NCBI GenBank assembly: GCA_964057225.1
Contig: OZ059896.1
Span: 17,050,001 to 17,114,000 of the forward strand
Length of the DNA stretch: 64,000 bases
Origin: Auanema rhodensis
Lineage: Eukaryota; Animalia; Nematoda
Direction of reading: 5' to 3'
Under the pieces are notes generated by a model. The model searched no databases. It had not been told where the DNA came from and was given only the letters and a program-made list of their open reading frames with translations. The position numbers and the translations under genes are program-made. The first letter of the stretch is position 1. Each line of letters opens with the position of its first letter. Positions 37,163 to 51,524 of this stretch are shown here, in pieces.

Positions 37163-39448
37163 GTTTTACTCATATATGGAAGTGAAGGACTTCTCTCTCG
37201 CATCTTTCCTTTTTGTCAATTGCCATTTAACTTACGGCTCAGCTCATCATAGTTTTACCGATTAGTTTTGGCTTACTTATCTTTCTCATCATCACTCTCT
37301 TCGTTCTATTTCTCACTATATTTTGTTTGAAAATCACATCCTTTTCTCAGCTTTCTTAGTCTAAGTGTGTTCAAAGAAAAAAGAGAGGGTGAAGACCGAG
37401 AGAGAGAGAGAGGGGGACTGAAGGGGTGGGGAACACTGGATTCTTAATGGCAAAAAGAAAAAAATGTGAAAGCTCAACATGCTGCCAGTTCTTTCACATC
37501 TGAAAAAAGAAAATAGCTAAACCATTAGTAGCACACATGATACGGAACAATTCAAATGTTCATCTATGCATGTGATTGGAGATGATTCGTAAAAGTTCCT
37601 AATGTACACTAATGACTTCTAACGTCATTCAAATGTAGGCTGTATTTGCCTCGTATCAGTAGCCATCTGAATCGCAATTTCAGGAGAGATTAGATAGTCT
37701 ATTCAATTTTAAAATTAACATGTATTTAAATTTTTTTAAAATTCTTCACATTACATATTGAACTAAACCATTCATTTATTCAGATTGAAAGTTGAAAAAT
37801 CACTTCTGGCAGCTTCCTCTGGAAGTGTCTGTTCGCCGTTTCTCGTTCTGACATTGCCCCAGCTTGTTGTGTGTCATCTCATTTGCGCTCTGACTTGATG
37901 TCGTTTTCCGGGTCCTCTGAGGAGCCAAAGAGGCATCCCCGAGCCCGCACACTCTCTGCCCTCCCTCCCACCCACAAAACGTTCCGTAAAAGACATTTCA
38001 TCCATTTTTTAAACATTTTTTTAGATTAAACAAATTGAATAATATTATTAATATTACATGTTACATGTGATTACTATGTATCATATCTGTCTAAACTCAT
38101 ATTATAGTTAATGAAAAATAATTTTTCATCTTCTAAATGTTTTCTTTTTTTGGGCGCAACCGTTTAGTAATTCATTAAATATTTGCTCGAAATATAACTA
38201 TTACAATACTAATAGCTATAGCTAGCTTAAACATCTCCTTCTCTTCCAACCTTTATAACTCTATTTCCACCTATTTATATGTATGAATATCTTGTTCCTA
38301 CTACTTTCTCTCTCTTTCTAGCTTTCTGTTTCTCTCTTCTTTTTTCTCTCTCAGATTCTCTGCTAATATCTTAATTTCATTTGAAATTTATAGATTTTTA
38401 GAAAGAATTTTTTTTCAACTATAAAGTTTCCAAAAACACTTCTTCATTATGGCGCTTCATTCTATATTTGTGTTTTTTCTTCAAACCAAATATGCATAGA
38501 CATTATACTTTTTGTAAATTTCATGAATATTTTTAATTATATTATCTTATAATTATAAAAATTTTAAAATTAAAATAAGTTAATTATTCAACATTTTATT
38601 ACAAATGTTTGAAACTATGAATAAATCAAAGATCTTCATCTCCTTAGGGAATATTCATACTCTATCTTTCAGCCTGAATTTATTTTTTCTCGAAACTTTC
38701 TTTTTTCATATTTGGTTCGTAAAAAATATTCGTCTACTTGTAGTTAATGAACATACCCTTCAAATATTTTCATTGTTCTTGATATCACAGAGATAAATCA
38801 TTTGAAAAGAACCTCTTTTGAACAACGTACTTTTGAACTTTTTCTTGCAAAAGTGAAGCCTCTAAGCTACAAGTCACAAGCCAGGAAACTCTGTGTCTCT
38901 TTTCATAGAATTTTCCAATTTATCCAGCTTTTGTTCATTTTTTTAATCTCAAAATGTTTCTTTATTGTTCTCTTAGCTACTATCTATGTTCGTTTTCTTC
39001 TTGTCTTCGTATTCTTTCTCTCTTCGCACACACTTTTCATCTTCATCCCTTTTCTTTTTGAACTTTCACAAAAGTTCTTTAAAAGTTTTAGATGAAATTT
39101 GCAAGAAAACAAGAGAAAAAGCTTTATCTATATATGGTGAGAATGTACTAGAAACATGATCTATCTATTCTATTATATTAAACTTTTTATTATGAATGAA
39201 TGAACGAATGATATGATTAAATGAAGAAAAATATTTAAAAATTACGAAATTAAAAGTTCTGATTTAGTTCATAAACATATAAACTCAATTTGTATTAATA
39301 TGTATTTCATATTTCTATCTTGTATTATTTTTCATTTTAATTTTCAAATAACCATATTTACATTTCTCTTCCACACATCCTTTAGACATACCTCCCAACC
39401 CCAACCAACCTCCCACTACATAAGCTAGACTCTTATTCTCGCCTTTAT

Positions 39449-39451
<3 letters not shown>

Positions 39452-39532
<81 letters not shown>
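39452..39532. repeat. (CT)n microsatellite
   Basis: About 80 nt TC run. Confidence 0.95.
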
Positions 39533-39533
<1 letters not shown>

Positions 39534-40707
39534 TCTAAAAATAATTTTTCTTTTGATTCTTTATTCTTCCCTCTTCAACCTTCTTCATCTTCTCTTTCTT
39601 CTACTACTGCTTGTTCCAGCTTCTTATTCATCTTCTTCATGTGCGCATATCCTTTTAAATTAAAAAAATATAAATCAAGAGAATCCATATATGAATATAC
39701 ATTATATATATATTGAATTGTTTTTATACTATATATTGCTTCTTTTATATTTATTTTCTTCATAAAAATTGTAATGAATTAATCATTGTCTTAACTTTTT
39801 TCTTCCTATTTCTGATGAGTGATACAAGGCCGAGTCTCACACGATAATTGAAGCGGGAACTACCTCGTGTCTGAATGATATATAGAGAGAGAATCATAAC
39901 TAAAAAGAAAAAAATTTTAACGAAAAGCTTGTGAAACATTGTGAGAGAGAGAGAGAGAAAGATAAAGAAAGAGAGAGAGAGCTGAACTACTGATAGAATG
40001 AGGAAGAAGTAAGCATAAGACGAGAGACTCTTGGTCTTTTAAGCAAAGTAGTAGTTCGTGAGAAGTTGTAATTGAATCTTGAGCTTATTCCCAGTCGTCA
40101 ATAGTTTCATCCAAATCTATAATTCTTTCCATATTTCAAGATCATCGCCGTTTCTGCTAACTGAAATCCTTTTAAAATTTCGTCTAAATTTCATTTCCAA
40201 AAAAAACTTTCCGAACGAATCCTGTCAACTTATTTTTTTTATCAAAAAGAAAATCCTTTTTGATGTTATTTTTCTTTTTTCTTCTTCACCAGATTCTGTA
40301 TTTTCCAAAAAAAAATAAATATCTATCTATATATAAATAAATATCCAGATATAAAGATATTCATATGTGTTTTCATGACTAAAAGCTGCATAGTTAAATA
40401 AAATTTTTATAGTTAATTCAATTTACTTCTGAAATGTCGACCATTTTTTTATGCTTTCTAGTCATCTGTAACATATAACATTCAAAACTTCTTTGTATAA
40501 TATATGTATGTGTATGTATATATATGTATATGATTTCTTGTGACATGTGAATTTCGGATCTATTCTCAAATTTCTTGAACCATATTGCCTTCGTTGCATT
40601 CAAACTCATTTTTCCTATTTTCAGACACTCTTTTGGCATAAATCTCTCTTTCTTCTTCATTTTTTACGCACTTCTAACAGCCATTTGTTGCACCATATTG
40701 ATAGAAG

Positions 40708-43700
40708 ATGGAGTTCTTGTCTCGAGAAAAATTACTGACAGAAATTGAAGTTCGGGATGAAATCATAGAGGATTTACGACGGGTTCGTTAACATCTCTAT
40801 TCACCTCTCTCTATCACTTACAGTACAATCTGCATTTTCAATCAATACTATAATCTATTATTTTAAAAATTAATTAAGAATATTCATAGAATTATAGGAG
40901 CTGGATTCATTCCGTAACAGTAACTATTCACGAAAAACAGCTGTCTCATCTGAAGCAGACAATGCTGCTCAACCGGCTTGTGCAGTAGGAAAAAGTGATG
41001 AGTACGTATTTTCATTTATATTCACATATTTCTTTAGTTCCTATTCTCTCACGAATATGTATTACTTAAATCTGTATTTTTCTTAGATATAGAAGTTTTT
41101 TTTTGTCAAAAAAAGAGAAGTAAAACTGAAAAAATGAAAAAAAAAAGAAGAAAAATCAAATCGGCTGACACAGAGCAAATTGAAAATAAGAATAAGAAAG
41201 GGTTGTGCCCTTAGTTCTTATGTTATGCTTTTGAAATTGAAGGATATTAGATCGTGCATCATTCTTCAATTCAAAAATATATTTTAAGATGAAGCAAAAA
41301 TATATTGTGTTATATATTTTGTTTGTGTCAATATAATCTAAGATTTGTTGAGAAGATATTATATCATAACTTCATATATGCCAAGTTTCTATATCTCAAC
41401 TCATAATCTGAAAGCAGCATGCTTCATCGTTAGAAAAAATGCTGATGCAACACATTCATCATCAGTAGCTATTAGATTATTATGCAAATAAGAAAGTTTC
41501 TCTTAAAGTATATAAGAAAATAATTTATATTAAATAATATTTTATATAATAAAAATAAAATAATATTAATTATAAAATTATAATCCAAAATACTAGTAGT
41601 TGCTGTAGTTATAGTAATGAGTTGGAGCAAAACTATTCAAAACAACTACTATACATAGAATATATTGGCAATTATACAGTAAAAAGAAATAAATAAAAGA
41701 AATAGCCTTAAAGATGCATTTAGTTTTTGAAATAATCCAATTGTATTAGTTATTCATACCTTCTTTTTTAGTTTTTAAACACTTTTTCTTTGTAATATTT
41801 TGAAAACAAACAACTTTCTTCAACAATTGCTTCCATTATCCGGACTAGCGAACGGCAGAAACAAAAACTTGAAAACAAAGATAATGTCTACACTATTCTA
41901 TATAGAATAAGATAACTTTTTCTGGCCCATATTTCAGTTTGTTTTACTTTTCTCTATATAAGTAACTATCTTGCAGTTTCCTCCCACCCATCTCACGTAA
42001 TTGTCAAATACTAGTAAGAGCATTACAGTGGTTGTTTCAAGCACCCACATATTGACAAATACACAACACATACATACATGTATATACAAGAGAATAACAA
42101 GGTGTAAAGATTACGGAGAAAAACGATGAATTTTTGAAAAAGCAAAAACGAGTTAAATTCCATTATTTCGTTAAGTTATAATCCTCGTTGGCGCGCATTG
42201 ACAATAATTATGCAAACAGATTACTTACTCTTCCAAATTTTCAGCAAAAAGATTTGCAGATAGACAGTTGACACAAAGACACAAAGAGAGTTATAGAGAG
42301 AAGAAGGGAAAAAAGGAAACAGAGAGATAATGAGGCAGGCAGGAGAGGAGAAGCATGAAAGCGAGAGGAAAAGCAGGTAGTAAAGAAAAGGATAACACTG
42401 TAAGAAAGGTGAAAACGAGAGAAGAATATTGCGAATGAGTACAAAATATTGTACACATATTAGAGGTTGACGAACTAAAAAGAGACAACTACAATCACAT
42501 CATCATTTTGCTGCGCGTATGGAAGATCTAAATCTGCAACTATCGCTGCTCAACAATCTAAAAAAAGCTGCAAAAAAATCTTCGGAATGCTCAGCTCATT
42601 ATGAGTCTTAGGTTATCTCTCTCTTCTCTCCCTCTCTCTCTCATCTCTCACTTTCTATTTCCTTCTCGACTCATCTAAATACCACGGAAGGTCGAAAAGG
42701 ACGCGGACCCCCACAACAGACGGTCGAAGACGGTTTTCCGACGTCATCAGGCCAGGCACATTGTGCTTGTGCAGAGTGCATTCCAAGCAAACGGTAGCTA
42801 AGAGAATAAGACGACGGCTAACAAAAAGAGGACGAAAGGAAGGGCTCCCTCAGTTTTTCGGACGACCGACCTATAGACGAAGGACCTACACAGTCTCTGT
42901 CTTTCCCTCTGTGTCCGCCACCTGAAATCTCAATTTGAGATTTTTCCATACTTCTCTTATACCACAACCCTCGTTACTCTATCTATCTTAATTAATTCTA
43001 TATTCCAATTGTTTCTAAATCTATAACAGGCTCTTAGTCTGTTTATATCCTATAACTCAAGAATATCTAAATTCTACTTGACAATTAAAACTTGTCAAAA
43101 CTTCTCAAAGACAATTTTGTTGAAAAAAATTGAAAAAAAAAACAAAGAAAATGAGATTCCGTAATCACTCTAATTTCTTGCGTTCTCGTACTTGCCGTTA
43201 TATACCAGCCAGGTAATCAGATAACAAAATCAATTATTTTATTTCTAATAATAATGAGAAAAATATATTTAAAAGAGTTAATGAATGAACATAATCTTAA
43301 AATCTTTTTAATTTTAATTGATATTTCTTCTTTTTTTTCCAGAGCTTTTGAGAATATCGAACACGCACTCCGTTCCAATGCTTTTCTCAGTAATCTTGAT
43401 TCAAATCAAATTGATCGTGTTGCTTCGTCCATGTTTCCTATTGAGGTTTGAGATTTGAATTTCGTTTAAAAGAAATGAGAAAATTTTTTGGCAAAAAAAG
43501 ATGGATTTGCATCATTGAGTATCCATTTCATTGGGAAAAAAACGAAAAGCTGAAAAATGGGATTGAATATCAAATTAAAGTTTAAATGGTTAAGGTGCCC
43601 CAGGGAGCTACAATAATTCGTCAAGGTGATCTTGGTAATACTATGTATGTCATACAAGGTTAGTTCATAGAAGCTCTTTGTAATACACGATTGAGATATA

Positions 43701-46700
43701 TTATAGAAGGATCAGTTCAAGTTTTGAAAGACAACAAGTTTATTCGAGCAATGGAAGCTGGAGCTTTATTCGGTGAATTGGCTATACTTCATCATTCAGA
43801 AAGAACAGCTACTGTTCGAGGTATATACTATTACTGTACTATTAATTAAGTTTAATTTAAGATTTAAACTATACTAAAACTTGAAACTTATAAACAAATT
43901 ACAAATATTCTAAGAAGAAATAGTTTTTTTAATTATTTTGAAGTTAATTTAACCATGTGATATTGTTAAATGTCATTCAATTAATCTATAATATGACTCA
44001 TCTATGGCCATTTTCATTTTTTTTTTGAAATTAAAAAGTCACTTGAAGTCACACTATGTCAAAGTTCACGTATTGGCTATAGAAAGGTCACGCATACATA
44101 TCATGTCATGAGGAAATTAGACCATAAATCTATGTGAATCATTCGAATTTCAAATAGTTTTTGGCTTTTCAAAGTGACATTTGAACACATTGATATCACT
44201 TTTAAGAAAAAATAAAATATATTTTTCATTTTATTTTGAAAAATCTTTTTTATTTTTGAATTTTAGCAATCTGGCCATGTAAATTATGGGGAATTGAAAG
44301 AAGTGTTTTCCATTCAATTATGGTTGAAACAGCTCATGAAAGAAGAACAGCTATAAAACGTCATCTCAAATGGTTTGTCAAACTTTTCAGATTATGGTGG
44401 ATGATAAACATGAGCTGTTTTAAGGTCACATCGATTCTCAAGATGTGCTGATCACGAGCTTAATCGCATAGCTGATCTATGTGTTGAAGTGAAAATTCCA
44501 GCTGGACGATCAGGACTAGTGCAGCCGAAGTATCTTTATGTCGTCGTCAAAGGCCAGGTCAGTTCACACTAATATTTGATTTTGAATATAAAGTTTGCCA
44601 TCTAAGTTGCTCTAACTTCTCATATCATCACCATCGGGGAAAATATATAATATTTCAATCTATTTATCAATCGCAAAATCGTAAATTTGATCTTTAAACA
44701 ACAAATATACAGACTTATTTGTCTTTTTTTTTGAAACTTTTTTGATTAACTATGGTATTTGGTTGAATGAAGATGAAAACATGAAAATTCTATAGTATAT
44801 GTCATTGTAATTATTGACATTTTTAGAAAAATTTTCGGATTAACTATGATTTCATGTTAATAGTATTAACTTAACTTTTCATCTTAAAATTACTAGAATT
44901 GAAGTGTGATGCTTAAACAACGGCTTAGTAGTTCGATTAATCTTTTGCCGATCTTGATGACATTAGATTGAGAAAAAACTGCTTCTCATTATCAGCTTTT
45001 ACCCCTATACAAATCTTGTGTGTATGTGTGTGTGTGTGTGTGTGATGTAGCTGATGAGCACGAAAACAGTTTGAAAAAAACTGGAAATATGCTCCTCACG
45101 ACGACAACTATCTCGACGTCATTGGTGGCATTCAAGCTTGGAGTTGACAACAGATTTTGCACGTGTCCAACTTTGTTGTATTCAGATTTTTTTTATTCTG
45201 CACAAAAAAATATTTCTACATACATATATGCAAAATATTAAAAAAAATTAAAGTGATGACATGATAAATAAGAGAAAAATGAAAACTACAGATATGATTT
45301 CGAATGTTTTCGTTACCAATCATTCCTTCTAACCAAAAAAAAAAGTTTGAAAATAAGCTGGAAAATATGCTGGAGGATACATGTCTTTAAATGGCATTTC
45401 AAAAAAATTTTTTTTCCTATTATACCGTGTGCCATGCAGTTTGATTGCTCTTCTTTAGCTTACAGTATCAATACCATATCATGAAGTGTGCTTAAAATCT
45501 TTTTTAATTTAATTTTATCTGATTAGTTTAAGACTTTATCAAACAAATCATAAAGGTCACAAAGACAAATCATAAATTATTATTGGAAAAGTGGATCTAT
45601 CTAATCAAAAATTTGGAAATTTTCCTTCTTTATGATTAGAGAGGCAAGAAGTGTTGAAGACAGACAACATACAAGGAGAGAGAGATTGATGTTCTTAGTC
45701 GTTTCCACGTTTTGGCTTTGTTCTTAATCTAACTTATCAATGTCTTATGATTCAATCAAGTGATAAGATAATTTTCCATTCTTTCTCTCTCTCTCTTTAA
45801 TTCTCTCAGTCAAACCTAATCTCTCAATATTTCTCTGTCTACCGTCTTTCTTTCCATTTTTTTTCTGAAAACCTTTCTATTCCAATATTAAGTTTAAAAA
45901 AAATTTATTAAACAAAAAAAAAGAAGAAAAGAAATAAATATTAACAAAATAATTCTCAACAAACGGTTAATTTCTGATGAAAACTGTGAAGAATGAATGA
46001 ACTTAAACGAGATCCGACTGTAAAGTTACAGTTTTAGTAATTCAAAAATCTTTATAATTTCAATTTCATAGCTTTATCCTAAGAATCTATTCAAATATTA
46101 GAAATGATACTATGAAAAATACATTTCTAAACAACTTGAAAAACTAATATTGACGATTTCATTTATTAATTTTTCCTACATAAGCTGTTAAATTTCTGTT
46201 GTTATGTGAGCATGAGCACAAGAAAACAACTCCAAGCTGAAGAATTTGGTTCCGATATTTCACAATAAACACTTGACTTTTAACCTGAGAAAAATATTGT
46301 TCATGTCAAGCTTATGTGTGTTGTTGTTTTTTGAAGAAAAACTTGTTGAAAACTTAAGTAAAGGAACTAGAACTTACTCATAGTCTTTTGTTATAATCAC
46401 TACTAGTTGGAGAAAATAGGAGATGTAACATCCAATGTCACTGCTAATCCGTCCTTTTTTCTGTCCATTCTATTGTTGCCATATAACTAATATATTGATA
46501 ATTCAATTTTTTTTCTTTTGTTTTTCTTCTTTTTTTATAATTATACATTCACTAAAAATATATTATTAACTATGTGTATATCGCATCATAGGCTAAAAAG
46601 TTCATTTTTTTTCTTTTATTTCTTATCATTTTCTTAATTTTCGCATCCTGTTCCCCTGTTGTCTGCCATTTGAAATTATTTATCAATGTGTCTTCAACAA

Positions 46701-46750
46701 GATGGAACTAAGGAGATAAAATCCGATGAAAACGGAGAGAGTTCTTCTAA

Positions 46751-46798
<48 letters not shown>

Positions 46799-47802
46799 TC
46801 TCTCTCTTTCAAAAATGTGAATTTTACCTTTCTATGATCTCCTTCGTCTGCCTCTATTTCGCACATTACATCTCCTTCAGCCATAAAGGGTCACGCGTTT
46901 TTCTTGTAAGCAATGTTTGATGACGAAGACTAAACTGTCTTAATCTGATAGTTTGACGTCAATCTTATTTATTTCTTATCATACATTTTCTTGGTACACG
47001 AGCACTGCATGGGAAACTGATTCGATTCAAACTTCAAAGCCCATAGCACATGATGATGCTTATCTTCCAATCACAATTCTTTCATCAACTTTTCCTTTCA
47101 TTTTTGATTGAAAAACGTTTCCGTGAAAAGGCAAACAGATTTTTAACGTTTCAAGCTCATAAAAATGCTTAAAACGTGGCAACTAAGTAGAAACACGGAG
47201 AGATAATTCGAGATATTTATCATTTTTTCAACAAATTTCTACACAATTTAAACATTTTGAAAGAGAATATCACATTTTTCGAGTAAATTATATTTTTTCT
47301 ATTTTCTAATCAAATCAAAAATTTTAAAACTATTTTTGGTTTTCTTTGATTAGAACTCTCATAACATTGGCTATTTCTGATAAAATGATGACCATACATA
47401 TCAAGCTTAGAGCATAGAACAGCAAAAGTTTAGTGAATGAAAACATAAAGAAAAAATTTAAAAATTTCTTTTTATCTTTCAAATATTAAGCTTTTGCAAT
47501 ATCATCATGAGAGACTTATGTAAATCCTACAATTCATTAATAAAAGATTAGACTTATATGTCTTAATCATATAAATTAATTTTGTAATAACCCTCTAAAA
47601 GAAATATATTAAGTTTTATATAATAATTTTCTTGATTATTAGTTTAAAAGTATAAAATCTATATATTCATTGTGGCCGTGATATCGGATCAAAGTTCAAA
47701 AAAATGTCTTTTTTTTAAGAAATTGTATCGTCATCTGTCTGCTTTCAATATCTAAGAATAGCTTTAAGAAAAGCAACTAGGACTGGATATTATAGTTTTT
47801 CT

Positions 47803-47871
<69 letters not shown>

Positions 47872-49050
47872 CCTCTCTCACTCTCTCTCCCTCCCCTCTC
47901 CTTCTCCCTCTCTCTCTTTTCTCTCTCACATACACCTTTTCTTTACTTTTATTTCTCTCTCTATAAACATATATCTTTATCTTTTTATTCTTTTCATTCC
48001 CTTGTTTCATTTTTAACTGCTTTCGTTTTTTTATTTACTATCTCAGTAATAGACATTAAACTATATTTGTGAAATATTTTATCAAATAGTTGATGAAATA
48101 AGAAATATTTTTCATTTTAAAGATGAACAATGAAACAAAAAAAAACATAAAATAGCTGCAATGATTATGAAAATGGGAAACATTTTGATCTTGAAAAATA
48201 CAATCAAAAACATGTTATGATCGTCCTTTGCTTGTTCACATATAGCATGCGCTCAGATAGCTAAGAAAATGGTTGCTGATCGTAGAGTTGGAGGAACTTA
48301 AAGGTCAATAATGATACGATGCAAAATTATTATTTAACTAATTCATATAGTTAAATGTTATTTGATTACCTGAATTTTTAAAATTAATATAATTTATAAT
48401 TCAATTTATTAGAAAGTTCATCATGAATTTGACACTTTAACCTTTTTTTTGCAAAATAATACTCTTTGAATATGTAAAACACATGTTGCTTCTGGTCATT
48501 TGGTCATCTGATCATTATCCAATACCGAAGATCAGTCTAGAACTGAGAAGAGGAAGAAGAATACGAGCGAATTTCGAGAGAAAGAAATAAATGATGAGAT
48601 GAGTAGCAGCTCGTGTGTTCAGGCTCAAACTTGAACAAAAAACAGAAACAGCGAGCTATACAACAAGCAGCTTCTTAAAAGCCTTATTATATGCTCAACC
48701 TATGAGCTTAATGCTATAACGACTGATGAAGCTATTTTTCTTGCTTGTCTCACGCTGAATCACGTCATCATCGTGCAGAAACGTCTTCATACTATGTGCT
48801 GCTTGCAGTCGAACAGCAACGCTGTGTTAAGCTTCATCCGATGATGTGACAGCATTTCCAGTAGTGTTTTCGACTCCGTATTTGGTATTTATCTTCTTAT
48901 GTCATCCTGTTCCTTTTTGCTATTTTTTCTTGTCTTTGACCAAATGGAAAATGATTTGATTGCATTTCTAGACCCCTTTTAGATGAATCGATTCTCAATT
49001 ATCACTTTTCTTCCTTAACTATGAACACTTCATATACCTTTTATGTCATT

Positions 49051-49096
<46 letters not shown>

Positions 49097-50197
49097 CTCT
49101 CTCACTAATTCATAAATTCTCAATATATCTATCGCTCTATCATCTATTATCTTGTTTCCTTTTTTAAACTTTTGACTGATTATGGTAGAAGTTGAAAACT
49201 GTCATGATTTATCAATATTCGTGTTCAACAGACCTTTTTCAAATTAAGAAATAATATTAAATTTATAAAATAAACATAAATAATTCTTAATGATAAGACT
49301 TTATCATGCCAATTACAAATTGTTTAAGATTTTTATCTCAAATTTTATTATATTTTTCACTCATTTTGTGTGTTAAAGTTCTGAGATGGCTCTTAAGCAT
49401 CATGTAACATTTCAAACTTTTCCATGCCCATTATAGAAATAATGAAATGAAAAAAAAATTAATTGTAATGTGTACATGAAGAGAAAAGTATGAAATTGCT
49501 GTGGAAAACTAAACAGAATTGTCCGAAAAAATGCTAAAAGTTTGTAGAAACATCAAACGCATCTAGCAACTGCGTGTTCAGTGTGTAAAAGATTTAGTCA
49601 AGTTTGAGAAATAAAGAGAGAAAAAGTGATGGAAAAAGAGAAAAGAGAGAAAGATAGAGAGAGAGAGAGAATGGAAATTTTTATTTTGCATTCATTCGAA
49701 CAGTTTGTAGAGAGTGTCAGAACAATTTTTTTGAACCTTATTACTATTGATCAGAGAAGATTGGTTATGAAAATGATTATTTTGCTGTTCCCTTCTAAAC
49801 TTCTCACCCCACCCTATCCTATTTCTAGTCATATACTTTGTATCTTCTATGTTGCTTCTAATCTGATCATACAGATCAAAATGTGAAAAAATGATATCAG
49901 CAGGTTCATAGAATTGTTCTTTCAATTCTATAATACATCTCTCTTTAACTTCTATATATTATAAGCCATATAATGTTCGATGTATTCAGTTAAAATATGA
50001 ATAAAAACGCAACAAGTTCATGCAATCATTGACCGTTTTAAAGAATTTTGTAATGATTTGATGATATGCTATGCCAGATACATAGTATGTACTTGGTCCT
50101 AACCCGAATGCATTCATTTCATGTTTCGTTCACGTGTTCAAGTTTTGATTAAAAAACGGGATGTCAGCAAAAGAAAGAATTTAGTACACAGAGAGAG

Positions 50198-50230
<33 letters not shown>

Positions 50231-51488
50231 AGATAATGATTATTCATTAATATAATAGTGATAAAAAGGTAGAGAAAAAGTAAATTTAAGAGAAAGAGAA
50301 AGGAAGATAGAGAGAGAGAGAGAAAGAGAAAAAGACAGAGGAAACTGTATGTATGTGGAACAGTAGCCAACGAAATAACAGGCGACACGGTATTTGAAAA
50401 ATAGACCACCCAGAATGTATTTTCTGGGTACAATTAGAACATTTTTTTTACCAAAAAGATCAAAAAGTAATTTGTTTTTATGTTTTCAACAAATAAATTT
50501 AGTAATTAGATTAAATATATCCATATAATATATAATTATTTGTGTATATGTATGTGATGTTAACTATGCATTGTAAACAATGCAAATAAAAAGTTGAAAT
50601 GGATCGAGAAGACATTATGATCTGACAGATAATCATCGTCAAAAAAAAAAGAAAAAGGAAGAAGACTATGAGAGAGAGAAGAAACTTTTCTCTGATCTAC
50701 TTTTGAAAAATCCATGTTTTTCTGTATGAAAACCGATTTTGCCAGTTCGCTTGTACAAATCATCCGATAGGATGATGGAAGAATGATAATGATAGGCAAA
50801 GATCGAGAGCACATTCTGAACCTTTTGCAATATAATGATTAACTATTAGTATATAGTATAGGAAATAACTATATATATATATATTTGAAAGAAAAATTAA
50901 TTTTTTCTTTGATTATATTTGTTGACATTCATCTAATGTTTTTGTTGTTTCGATATAAACAGCTGTTATTAACATTTCACTTGATCAGCTTTAATTCACG
51001 TGAATTGAATAATACAAATTGAATTTGTATTTTTATTTTTTTCTTATTTTTTATAAGAAACAATATATATTATATCATTTATTCTTACATACACACACAC
51101 ACACACACTTACTTACTTACTGACAGACTGAGGCGGCATCTGTTGCTTTCACTTTAAACGACGCCAACAACGAATTCTTAATAACTTGATAACACCTTCA
51201 TATTGATGTTCCATACTTGCAGACACATCTACTATAATCTAATTATCTTTGAACTATAATACTAAATACTATAATATCTATTATTAGATGTATTTATCAA
51301 AAATATTTGTACATATACATATAAAGGGCTTGAAGAGCAATTGCTCTGCAAAGCTAAAGCACAGACTGTAATGATCTACGCATGTAGAGCTTCTGCATAC
51401 TTCAATAGCAACTTGTTTATATATTTGTTTTGAATATGTTTTTTATTAATATAGTCTCTCTCTCTATCATATACACACAATTTCCATT

Positions 51489-51524
<36 letters not shown>

